From positions 1 to 12,135 of the forward strand of contig JBDRGF010000065.1 of NCBI GenBank assembly GCA_043818055.1: a stretch of 12,135 bases of DNA. Direction: 5' to 3'. Both the position numbers and the translations under genes were made by a program. Position 1 is the stretch's first letter. Every line of letters starts with the position of its first letter. The notes beneath the pieces were generated by a model, which was not told where the DNA came from, did not search any database, and saw only the letters and a list, made by a program, of their open reading frames with translations. Source of the stretch: Pseudomonadota bacterium (GTDB taxonomy: Bacteria > UBA10199 > 2-02-FULL-44-16 > JBDRGF01). Positions 1 through 8,091 of this stretch are shown here, piece by piece.

Positions 1-2000
1 ACGGTCAGTGTTACCGCGCGACCGACGGGCGGGCCGTAAGCCTCCTCCACGAATTGAACCTTTGTGATTGGCAACTTAAATTGGATTTTCTTTTTCAGGT
101 CTTTTATTATTTCGTTAGCAGTCCGGTCGCGATCGATTTCATCTGTCAGATATATGGTCATCATTCCTATATTGGTTCTCGACTTCGAATGAGCATCAGC
201 TACTCCCCGCTCCTGCTTTCCCGTCTTTGTGATGAGCGCATTAAGCTCACTCTTTGGAAGTTTTAATATCTCATCTTCAACATCCCTGATCGCTTCATGC
301 ATCGCTTCTATAGGCGTGCCCGTCTCCGCTTCAAAATTGATGAATATGCGATCGACCCCCTCTGGCGGGAAGAGTATAAAATCCATTTTGTATTTTGCCC
401 AGATTAGAGCTGTCATTGTTATTATCAGTGCCAGCAGAAGTGTCTTCCACTTGTTTCTGATGAAAACGTCGATCCATTTTTCAAAATAGGTTCGGACATG
501 GACGAACCAGTGGCGCCCGGCATTTTCTTTTTTATGTTCTGTGATGAGCAATATTCGCGTCGGAAGCAGGAGAAACGATTCGCCAAGGCTCAAAACCAAA
601 GCCGTGGAAACCAGCACAGGGATGCTCCAGATGAAATTTCCGATCAGCCCCTTTGTGACGACTAGCGGTGCGAAGGCTGAAACTGTGGTTGTAACTGTCG
701 CGACAAGGGCCCAGAAGATCATTCGGGATCCTTTTAGCGCAGCCTCTTCATTCGACATACCCTCTTCCTGATAGCGATGGATGTTTTCAGCAACGACTAT
801 GCTGTTATCGACGAGCATGCCGAGCACGATGATCAGTGCCAGCATCGATATCAGATTTATAGTAATATTGAATATTACCATGCATGTGATGGTCGCGAGT
901 ATGATGAGAGGCATTGAAAGGGCGGCGGCCAATGCCGTTCTCCAGTGTAAAAATAGCACGAGACATATCAACACAAGGATGAATCCGATGAGGCCGTTTG
1001 ATTTTACTATTTGTAGTCTTCGGGATGTGTATTTTGCAAAATCGTTTGATTCTGTAAAAGCGATGTTTTCATATGTTTTGTTTTTTTTATATTCTTTTAA
1101 CACATCGCGAATTTCGCCTACAACTTCGATCGTGTCAGCCCTTTCCTTTTTCATGATCACCAGCATGATGCTCTTTTTGCTATCTGCACGCATCAACATC
1201 TCTGGTTCTTCAAAGTCGTCATCTACTGTGGCTATATCCTTTAGCAGAACGTTGGATCCTGATAGGTTGCTTCGGATTACCGTTCCTCTTAGTTCATCTG
1301 TGTCTTTTAGCTCTCCTGATGTGCGGATGGTCATTTCGTATGGACGACCTTCAAAAATTCCACCTGGGAGATCGACGTTTTTTGCGTTGATCGCTTCGAC
1401 GACCTCCTGGAAGCTGATGTGTTCCTCCTCCATCTTCTTGGGATCAAGATATACTCTGAATTCACGATCCCTGTAACCGAGCTTTGTGACCTTTGCCACT
1501 CCAGGGCAGGCTTCGAGGGAATCCTGTAGCTGATCAGCTATCTCTCTTAGTTTGTGTTCATCTACGTTGTCGCTGATCGATATCTCTATCAGCGGAATAT
1601 TTTTTGTCTTTATCTCGGTGAAGATCGGACGGTCTTCGACATCCAGCGGCAGATCAGTCACGCGATCGACTGCTCGCTGCAGCTCATCCATCACCTCTTT
1701 GACATCCGCGTTGTCGATATCGACTCTGATGCTTAAAACGGAAAGGCCATTCTGGCTCGATGATATGACGTCCTTCAATCCATCGATACCGCGGATTTCA
1801 TCCTCTATCTTCTGGGTCACAAGTTCTTCGACATCCTCAGGCGTAGCGCCGGGATATACCGTTGTTATAATGGCCGCACCGAAATCTATGGAGGGAAAGG
1901 CCTCTCTGCGAGAGAGCTTTATGCAGAATATTCCTGCCACCACAATGATAAGCGAGATCATCAGCGTAAGTCGTTTTTCCTGCAGAAAAAAATTTATCAT
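1..2000 (-). CDS. RND efflux transporter permease, AcrB/AcrD/AcrF family (3' end lies beyond the window's left edge; not in the ORF track)
   Basis: Manual translation from ATG at 2000 is open to the window edge: MINFFCRKRLTLMISLIIVVAGIFCIKLSRREAFPSIDFG..TVYPGATPEDVEELVTQKIEDEIRGIDG.. (AcrB N-terminal signature), NVDLPGG, TM4 motif IIVLGMLVDNSIVVAENIHRY, and ATVTTTVSAFAPL. The start overlaps the tolC stop (ATGA, 1997-2000). Confidence 0.96.
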   Translation of the reverse strand, partial: MINFFLQEKRLTLMISLIIVVAGIFCIKLSRREAFPSIDFGAAIITTVYPGATPEDVEELVTQKIEDEIRGIDGLKDVISSSQNGLSVLSIRVDIDNADVKEVMDELQRAVDRVTDLPLDVEDRPIFTEIKTKNIPLIEISISDNVDEHKLREIADQLQDSLEACPGVAKVTKLGYRDREFRVYLDPKKMEEEHISFQEVVEAINAKNVDLPGGIFEGRPYEMTIRTSGELKDTDELRGTVIRSNLSGSNVLLKDIATVDDDFEEPEMLMRADSKKSIMLVIMKKERADTIEVVGEIRDVLKEYKKNKTYENIAFTESNDFAKYTSRRLQIVKSNGLIGFILVLICLVLFLHWRTALAAALSMPLIILATITCMVIFNITINLISMLALIIVLGMLVDNSIVVAENIHRYQEEGMSNEEAALKGSRMIFWALVATVTTTVSAFAPLVVTKGLIGNFIWSIPVLVSTALVLSLGESFLLLPTRILLITEHKKENAGRHWFVHVRTYFEKWIDVFIRNKWKTLLLALIITMTALIWAKYKMDFILFPPEGVDRIFINFEAETGTPIEAMHEAIRDVEDEILKLPKSELNALITKTGKQERGVADAHSKSRTNIGMMTIYLTDEIDRDRTANEIIKDLKKKIQFKLPITKVQFVEEAYGPPVGRAVTLT

Positions 2001-3484
2001 TGGTTATCCGTGATCAGCGGGCATCTGAATTGGTCAAATCTTTCAAGCGTTCCATATATATTCATATACCTGCTCTTCATGAGGTTAGCCTCTATAATTC
2101 TGAGTTTGAGGAGTTCTATTCTTTCCTGTGTGAGCTCGAAGAGGGAGAGCCGCCCCTGATTGTATCGCTTCAGGAGATCATAGATCTGTTTTACGCCGGA
2201 ATTCAAAGCCTCTTTGAGCTGTCCTTGCTGCGTTGAGAAGAGCTTAATCTTTTCAACAGTCTCATTCCAATAGACCTCTCTCGACTGAGTCAGTCTATCC
2301 TCTTCTATCTGTGGTTTGTTTCTTGATGACATGGATAATTCGTTGGCCGACTGATATTTTTTGGGAGAGATCGGCACGGAGAGATTCATCCCCACCTCAT
2401 ATATTGGCCTGTCAAAACCCCCCACTTCACCAAACCCTTTTGTAAATGAGTTCTCGGTTCCTGTTGCTGTGATGCCACCCCTTAGTGCGAGCTGGGGCAA
2501 TTTTTGTACCTTGTCGATTTTCGATTGCAATACACCTCTTCTTCGCTCTTCGGCTGCAAGCATGAATTCCTTTGAATAATCCTTTTTAAACTCTGAAGTG
2601 ATGATTTTTTGTTCGCAGGAACGAGTTAAATTTTTGACATCAGCTGTGTTGAGAGAGGGCTCGATTTCGACCTTTGAAGATAGGTTTAATAACGAACGGA
2701 GGCTTTCGATCAGAGAGACCTTCATCCTCTTCACCTCGGTGAGATCAGCTTCGTTTGAGGCGACCAGCTTTTTCATCATATAGACATCGCCCTCTTCTGC
2801 CACAGACCTCTCCCGTTTGAGCTCGAGATCTTTTTCGAGCTTGCTAAACTCTCTCACGATCTCCTTTTTTAAATCAGATATGACATCGAGATAGTGGATC
2901 TGGAGAAAGAGCGATGAAGCGGATACGTTAACCTGATTTCTCAAGAGCTCTTCGCGAATCTTCGCCGATAAGGCATCGATGCCGGAAATTTTCAGTTCCT
3001 TTCGCGAGGTATATCCAAAGAGATCCTTTATCAGGTCGATGTTGATCCCGAAATATACAGCTGGCTCATTCAGCGTCGCAGGATATGGCAGAAGGGCGTT
3101 TGGCGGATCCGATTGAAAATAGGTCGTGCGGCTGTTTGTCACGCCATAATTCAAAGTTACGCCCACGGGAAGCTTCTGTTCGGCCCCCACATCCCATGTA
3201 AAATCCCTGATCCTCGCAGGCATGGATGGGCTGATCGGCTCTTGTCGGTTGTCCTGATAGCCGGTATTCCCCTTTAGCGTTGGGAAATAGTACTGACTCT
3301 GAGTCTGATGCAACGCCCCCTGAGCGCGCCTGACATCCTCCTGCAATATTCTGATATCGAAGTTTCTCTCATTCACAAGGCGGGAGATGTCGGAAAGCGA
3401 GCTGACAGCGTCCGTTTCCGCTGCATAGGAGTTGCCGCAGATTAAAAGGACTAAAGCTGTTATTATGTGATATGATCTCTTCAA
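1997..3484 (-). CDS. TolC-family outer-membrane efflux channel
   Basis: 495 aa; TTG start with GAGGT RBS at 3497-3493; signal peptide (..GNSYA|AE); OEP-like repeats (YFPTLKG..WDVGAEQKLP, KLPQLALRG..YEVGMNLSVPI, KRYNQGRLSLFEL); translationally coupled to the RND permease. Confidence 0.88.
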   Translation of the reverse strand: MKRSYHIITALVLLICGNSYAAETDAVSSLSDISRLVNERNFDIRILQEDVRRAQGALHQTQSQYYFPTLKGNTGYQDNRQEPISPSMPARIRDFTWDVGAEQKLPVGVTLNYGVTNSRTTYFQSDPPNALLPYPATLNEPAVYFGINIDLIKDLFGYTSRKELKISGIDALSAKIREELLRNQVNVSASSLFLQIHYLDVISDLKKEIVREFSKLEKDLELKRERSVAEEGDVYMMKKLVASNEADLTEVKRMKVSLIESLRSLLNLSSKVEIEPSLNTADVKNLTRSCEQKIITSEFKKDYSKEFMLAAEERRRGVLQSKIDKVQKLPQLALRGGITATGTENSFTKGFGEVGGFDRPIYEVGMNLSVPISPKKYQSANELSMSSRNKPQIEEDRLTQSREVYWNETVEKIKLFSTQQGQLKEALNSGVKQIYDLLKRYNQGRLSLFELTQERIELLKLRIIEANLMKSRYMNIYGTLERFDQFRCPLITDNQ

Positions 3485-3505
3485 ATGTATTTACCTCAAT
3501 GAACG

Positions 3506-3534
3506 TTGTAATATATTATATATGAAGATAATAT
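3506..3534 (+). promoter_or_regulatory. Candidate sigma70 promoter for the RNHCP gene
   Basis: TTGTAA (3506-3511)-N17-TAATAT (3529-3534); interleaved with the opposite-strand promoter. Confidence 0.35.
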
Positions 3535-3542
3535 CCAAACAA
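3515..3542 (-). promoter_or_regulatory. Candidate sigma70 promoter for tolC-RND
   Basis: Minus strand TTGTTT (3542-3537)-N16-TATAAT (3520-3515), a perfect -10 box about 30 nt upstream of the start. The region is AT-rich, so a chance match is possible. Confidence 0.45.
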
Positions 3543-3570
3543 TTCTTACACCTTTTGGAGGATTGATCTT

Positions 3571-3918
3571 ATGAAGCCCATAGCCAAACGATTTATAAAG
3601 AGAAACGATGGCTTTGTGTGCGAGCATTGTGGAAAAAATGTTCTACCCACACACCACGGCTCGCCAAGGAACCACTGTCCTTTTTGCCTGTGGGGAAAAC
3701 ATCTCGACATCAATCCCGGAGATCGTCTCAGCCAGTGCCAGGGATTATTGAAGCCGATAGGCGCTCTCTCCGACAGCAGAAAGGAATATGTCATCGTCTA
3801 TAGATGTATCGGCTGTGGCGAGAGAAAAAAGTCGCGAGTCATTTTACACGACGAAAATCAAAACGATGATTTTAATCTCATCCTCGAACTATCGAAAAAC
3901 CCGATATCGGAGGAATGA
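3571..3918 (+). CDS. RNHCP domain-containing protein (putative zinc-binding)
   Basis: 115 aa with FVCEHCG, the eponymous RNHCPFCLW, PGDR..C.G.L.PIG and YRCIGCG motifs; GGAGG RBS at 3557-3561. Confidence 0.93.
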   Translation: MKPIAKRFIKRNDGFVCEHCGKNVLPTHHGSPRNHCPFCLWGKHLDINPGDRLSQCQGLLKPIGALSDSRKEYVIVYRCIGCGERKKSRVILHDENQNDDFNLILELSKNPISEE

Positions 3919-3933
3919 GGGCAACGAAACCCG

Positions 3934-5298
3934 CTATTGAAAAATAGCTAGTAGCACGCCGGCAGCGACTGCCGTCCCGATGACGCCGGCGACGTTTGGT
4001 CCCATGGCGTGCATGAGGAGATAGTTGGCTGGGTTTGCCCTCTGTCCTTCTACCGCCGCAACGCGGGCTGCCATAGGTACCGCGGAGACGCCAGCCGCTC
4101 CTATTATAGGATTGATTTTACCCTTGCTCAGATAGCACATCAGCTTTCCGAAGAGCAGACCTCCAAATGTGGAGATCGCAAAAGCGACGAGGCCCAAAAG
4201 AAAGATGCCGAGTGTCTCGACGCGCAAAAATCTCTCTGCTGCGAGTTTTGTCGAAACGCCTAATCCCAAGACTATTGTCACGATATTGATGAGTTCGTTC
4301 TGTGCGGTTTTAGAAAGCCTCTCGACCACGCCCGATTCTCTTAAAATATTTCCAAACGCGAGCATGCCGATCAGTGGAGATGCGGTTGGCAGAAATATTA
4401 TGCAGAGGAACAGCATCGTGAGCGGGAATAATATCTTTTCCAATTTTGAAACCGGTCGCAGTTGCTCCATGACGATAGCTCGGTCTTTTTTCGAGGTCAT
4501 CATTCTGATGATAGGCGGCTGGATGAGCGGAACGAGCGCCATGTAGGAATACGCAGCGACTGCGATCGCTCCAAGGAGATGAGGTGAGAGCTGTGAAGAT
4601 AGAAAGATGGAGGTTGGGCCATCCGCTCCACCGATGATGCCGATGGCGCAGGCATCTTTTAAAGTGAATGCAAAACCGGCGTACTTTGTCAGAAGCAGCG
4701 CCCCCAAAACTGTTGCGAACACGCCGAACTGAGAGGCAGCGCCCAGAAGTGCTGTTTTTGGATTTGCGATGAGAGGGCCAAAGTCGGTGAGGGCTCCTAT
4801 GCCTAAGAATATTAAAAGCGGGCAGACCTCTGTTGCAATTCCGACATCGAAGAAATATTTTAAGAGTCCTCCCTCAAGCGCCATGCCCCCCATCGGGACA
4901 TTTGTGAGTATCGTTCCGAATCCTATTGGCAACAAAAGCAGAGGCTCGAATTTCTTTACGATTGCGAGGTAGACGAAAAGCAATCCGATGAGGATCATGA
5001 CTCCCTTTTTCCAACCCGCAGCACTTATGATATTCTCATCGACATGAGGCATGAGCATCGTCGGTTTTTCATACGCCCCTTCCTTGTGATATATGAACTG
5101 ATAAATTCCTGTAGTCTGGACCAGACTTTCAAAAATACCGCCCAAACTCTTTGTTTTTTCGGTCTGTGTTTGCTCTTCAGCTGCTTGAGTTTCAAGCATG
5201 GCGTTGTCTTCAACGCTGCTGACCGCGATCGCCCGATTGACAAAAAATGCCATCGCAACGCCAAAAATGATCAATGATAATAAAAATATCTTTTTCAA
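3934..5298 (-). CDS. oadB: Na+-translocating oxaloacetate decarboxylase beta subunit
   Basis: Motifs [66 protein letters not shown] and [15 protein letters not shown] start with AAAGGTGAGG RBS; follows oadG and oadA. Confidence 0.96.
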   Translation of the reverse strand: MKKIFLLSLIIFGVAMAFFVNRAIAVSSVEDNAMLETQAAEEQTQTEKTKSLGGIFESLVQTTGIYQFIYHKEGAYEKPTMLMPHVDENIISAAGWKKGVMILIGLLFVYLAIVKKFEPLLLLPIGFGTILTNVPMGGMALEGGLLKYFFDVGIATEVCPLLIFLGIGALTDFGPLIANPKTALLGAASQFGVFATVLGALLLTKYAGFAFTLKDACAIGIIGGADGPTSIFLSSQLSPHLLGAIAVAAYSYMALVPLIQPPIIRMMTSKKDRAIVMEQLRPVSKLEKILFPLTMLFLCIIFLPTASPLIGMLAFGNILRESGVVERLSKTAQNELINIVTIVLGLGVSTKLAAERFLRVETLGIFLLGLVAFAISTFGGLLFGKLMCYLSKGKINPIIGAAGVSAVPMAARVAAVEGQRANPANYLLMHAMGPNVAGVIGTAVAAGVLLAIFQ

Positions 5299-5319
5299 TT
5301 CAACCTCACCTTTCTAAAC

Positions 5320-7074
5320 TTAAACACTTATTATCCCATACAACGGCGTATCGAGTGCGAATTCCTCTCCCTCCTTTACGAAGGTTCTGGAGAGCTTTCC
5401 GTTGTGTATCGCTTTGATCTCTGTCTCCATCTTCATCGCCTCTATCACCAGCACGACATCCCCTGTATGGACAACCTCGCCTGTTTTTTTAGACATGCGA
5501 AGCACCCTGCCGGCAAGCGGCGCGTTGATAATCTTCTCTCCCTCCTTCTGAGGAGTTCCGCTAAGGGAGGCGTGTGGAGGATGTTGTTCAGGAGTATAAT
5601 TCAACAACGAACCATCTCCCTCCTGTACGATAACATCATAGCTTGTCCCCTCCACTGTAACCTTGTAGCGCGATGCCTCACGAAGTTCTTTTTTTCTAAC
5701 CTCTTTTTTGGGGGAGGCCGTTTTTGGAGCCTCTTCCAGACCATCTCTGATGTTAAAAAATTTGAGAGCCACCTTTGGAAAGAGCGCATATGTGAGCACA
5801 TCCTCAATGGAAGGATTTTTCAGTGGAATTTCCTTTTTCAGTTTTTCAAGCTCAGGCTTGATCAAATCGGCAGGACGCACTGTTATAGGTGTTTCTCCAT
5901 TGAGCGCCTTTTTTTGCAGCTCTTGATTCACAGGCGCCGGAGTCTTACCATATTTTCCAGCCAGCAGATCTTTGGTCTCTGCTGTGATCGTCTTGTAGCG
6001 TTCACCCTGCAAAACATTTAGAACAGCCTGTGTTCCGACTATTTGAGATGTGGGGGTGACGAGAGGCGGAAATCCGAGATCCTCTCTCACGTGCGGGATT
6101 TCGAACATCACCGCATCTATTTTATCGAGGGCGTTCTGCTGTTTTAGCTGACTCTCCAGATTCGAGAGCATGCCTCCCGGGATTTGGCTTGCGAGAATTC
6201 TCGTGTCAGCCCCTGAAAACGAACTCTCGAATTCCGCATAATTCTTCCTCGCCTCTCTGAAGTGATTAGAGATCTTCGTTAAAAGCTCAAGGTCGAGCCC
6301 TGTGTCGAATGAAGTATTTTTAAGTGATGCGACAATCGTCTCTGTCGGAGGATGCGACGTCCCTAGTGATAGCGATGAGATCGCGGTATCGACAATGTCA
6401 CAGCCCGCCTCGATCGCTTTTATCAGAGATGTCGTTGCCATCCCGGTGGTCGCGTGACTGTGGAGCGATATAGGAATTTTGATTTTGGATTTCAGATTTG
6501 TTATCAGTTTGAATGCTGTGTATGGCGTGATGAGTCCTGCCATATCCTTGATGCAGATAGAATCGCATCCCATCCCCTCGAGTTCGCTGCCTAATTCAAT
6601 AAATTTTTCGATAGTGTGCACCGGGCTTACTGTATATGAGATGCACCCTTGCGCGTGTTTCCCAACTTTTTTTACCGCTTCGATAGCCCTGTGAAGATTG
6701 CGGGTATCGTTGAGCGCGTCGAATATCCTAAAGATATCTATTCCGTTTATGGCTGCCCTTTCGACGAACGTATCTACGACATCATCGGCGTAGTGGCGAT
6801 AGCCGAGAATATTCTGACCTCGTAGCAACATCTGCAGCGGCGTTTTGGGCATGGCCTTTTTTAATTTTCTCAGTCGTTCCCACGGGTCTTCATACAAAAA
6901 GCGTATACACGAATCGAATGTCGCTCCACCCCAACACTCGAGCGACCAGTAACCGACTTCGTCGAGCTCTTTTGCAATTTTGAGCATATCCTCTGTGCGC
7001 ATTCTTGTTGCTATGAGGCTCTGATGCGCATCTCGTAAAGCCACCTCGGTTATGTAAACTTTCTTTGTCATCAT
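5320..7074 (-). CDS. oadA: Oxaloacetate decarboxylase alpha subunit (carboxyltransferase plus biotinyl domain)
   Basis: LRDAHQSL, ECWGGATFD, QMLLRGQN, CIKDMAG, HSH, PPLVTPTSQIVG and C-terminal EAMKM biotinylation motif. Flanking oadG and oadB favour OadA over pyruvate carboxylase subunit B. Start is 7074 or 7071. Confidence 0.95.
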   Translation of the reverse strand: MMTKKVYITEVALRDAHQSLIATRMRTEDMLKIAKELDEVGYWSLECWGGATFDSCIRFLYEDPWERLRKLKKAMPKTPLQMLLRGQNILGYRHYADDVVDTFVERAAINGIDIFRIFDALNDTRNLHRAIEAVKKVGKHAQGCISYTVSPVHTIEKFIELGSELEGMGCDSICIKDMAGLITPYTAFKLITNLKSKIKIPISLHSHATTGMATTSLIKAIEAGCDIVDTAISSLSLGTSHPPTETIVASLKNTSFDTGLDLELLTKISNHFREARKNYAEFESSFSGADTRILASQIPGGMLSNLESQLKQQNALDKIDAVMFEIPHVREDLGFPPLVTPTSQIVGTQAVLNVLQGERYKTITAETKDLLAGKYGKTPAPVNQELQKKALNGETPITVRPADLIKPELEKLKKEIPLKNPSIEDVLTYALFPKVALKFFNIRDGLEEAPKTASPKKEVRKKELREASRYKVTVEGTSYDVIVQEGDGSLLNYTPEQHPPHASLSGTPQKEGEKIINAPLAGRVLRMSKKTGEVVHTGDVVLVIEAMKMETEIKAIHNGKLSRTFVKEGEEFALDTPLYGIISV

Positions 7075-7289
7075 TTATCCTCTCTAAATGCTTTTATGGC
7101 GGCCGCTATGATCGCGGGCAGATGTTTTTTCCTTCCTTGTGATGGCGTGTCCTGTGAAGAATCTTTTTGATTCAGGTTCAGTGCCGATATAATTTTTGAG
7201 GTAAGAATTGTTGTAAGCGTCAGCATTGTTAGCACAAAAAAAACAACTCCCATCCCGACTGCCATTATTTTTAATCCATCTGTGATCAT
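7071..7289 (-). CDS. oadG: Na+-translocating decarboxylase gamma subunit (OadG family)
   Basis: 72 aa; N-terminal TM GLKIMAVGMGVVFFVL, polar linker, C-terminal AIIAAAI; AAAGGA RBS at 7304-7299; stop overlaps the oadA start (ATGA). Confidence 0.9.
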   Translation of the reverse strand: MITDGLKIMAVGMGVVFFVLTMLTLTTILTSKIISALNLNQKDSSQDTPSQGRKKHLPAIIAAAIKAFREDK

Positions 7290-7311
7290 AATCTGGTTTC
7301 CTTTATCCGGC

Positions 7312-8091
7312 CTAAACGGAGATCACTTTGATTACCTCTCCACAGCCGACGCTCTTTTTTTTACCATCCCGGGATTTTATTATCAACAACCCCTTTTGGT
7401 CTAGCCCTTCCGCTATTCCAATAAATTCTGTTGTTCCCAAGTCGAGGACGATCTCTTTTCCGATCAGCGAGTCGTGTTTTTCTAAGAAATTGATGGATGA
7501 TGCAAGTCCATTTTGTATAAAACTTTTGTAATCCTCTGTAAAGCGATCGAGAATTAAATTTAGGATTTCGTTTTTATGAGGTAGGGTTTTGATATGCAGT
7601 GAGAGCGATGTTGCTGGGCGGTCGATTTGTATGAGTTCATCTTCATCCTGTCCGATGTTCAATCCCATGCTCAAAACGACATATTCGAGATCCCTCCCTT
7701 TGACAGAGCTCTGAGCAAGAATCCCCGAGACCTTTTTGCCGTCTATCAAAATATCGTTCGGCCATTTGAATTGGATCTCTTTGTGTTCCTCCCCTTGCCA
7801 AGGGGGGGTTAGGTGGGGTCTATTGGAAAATTCAGCAATCACCCTAATCATACTAGCGGCTAACACGAGCGATATTTGTGATGCCTGTTCAATTGTAATT
7901 TTGGGTTTCAAGAGCATCGACATCAGGAGCGATGCCCCCCGTTTTGCGATCCAGCCCCTCTTCTCCCTGCCGTGACCTGCACTCTGAAATTCAGCAGTTG
8001 CAACAGTGCTATCGCTCAAATTTCCACCATTCTTATAAAGATAATCGTGGGTTGAGTCGATAGTGTCGAATTTTATTACGTTCCATTTCAT
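7312..8091 (-). CDS. birA: Biotin--[protein] ligase, monofunctional (no N-terminal HTH)
   Basis: IDSTH, AEFQSAGHGR..RGW, KWPNDILIDGKKVSGIL and MGLN motifs; C-terminal SH3-like GIAEGLDQKGLLII..GEV. The protein begins directly at the catalytic domain. Confidence 0.95.
   Translation of the reverse strand: MKWNVIKFDTIDSTHDYLYKNGGNLSDSTVATAEFQSAGHGREKRGWIAKRGASLLMSMLLKPKITIEQASQISLVLAASMIRVIAEFSNRPHLTPPWQGEEHKEIQFKWPNDILIDGKKVSGILAQSSVKGRDLEYVVLSMGLNIGQDEDELIQIDRPATSLSLHIKTLPHKNEILNLILDRFTEDYKSFIQNGLASSINFLEKHDSLIGKEIVLDLGTTEFIGIAEGLDQKGLLIIKSRDGKKKSVGCGEVIKVISV
7785..7821. repeat. Short GC-rich palindromic element embedded in frame in birA
   Basis: gttCCTCCCCTTG-C-CAAGGGGGGGttaggtggggtct: inverted repeat 7788-7808 followed by a G-rich tail. 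It encodes the out-of-place peptide RPHLTPPWQGEE just before KWPND. Confidence 0.7.

Noticed and set aside
54..2013. Plus-strand ORFs such as 781..1476 and 1552..2013
   Set aside because: They are antisense shadows of the RND gene: Ser/Ile-rich, with no family motifs.
3546..3803. Alternative ORFs 3546..3794 (-) and 3618..3803 (+)
   Set aside because: Both overlap the clearly recognisable RNHCP gene, which has the RBS and the motifs.
4009..6694. Plus-strand ORFs over oadB and oadA (e.g. 5404..6021, 4169..4546)
   Set aside because: They lie antisense to highly conserved genes and show no independent coding signal.
5320..7074. Annotation as pyruvate carboxylase subunit B or transcarboxylase 5S
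   Set aside because: No biotin carboxylase gene is adjacent, and the gene is flanked by gamma and beta subunits of the Na+ pump.
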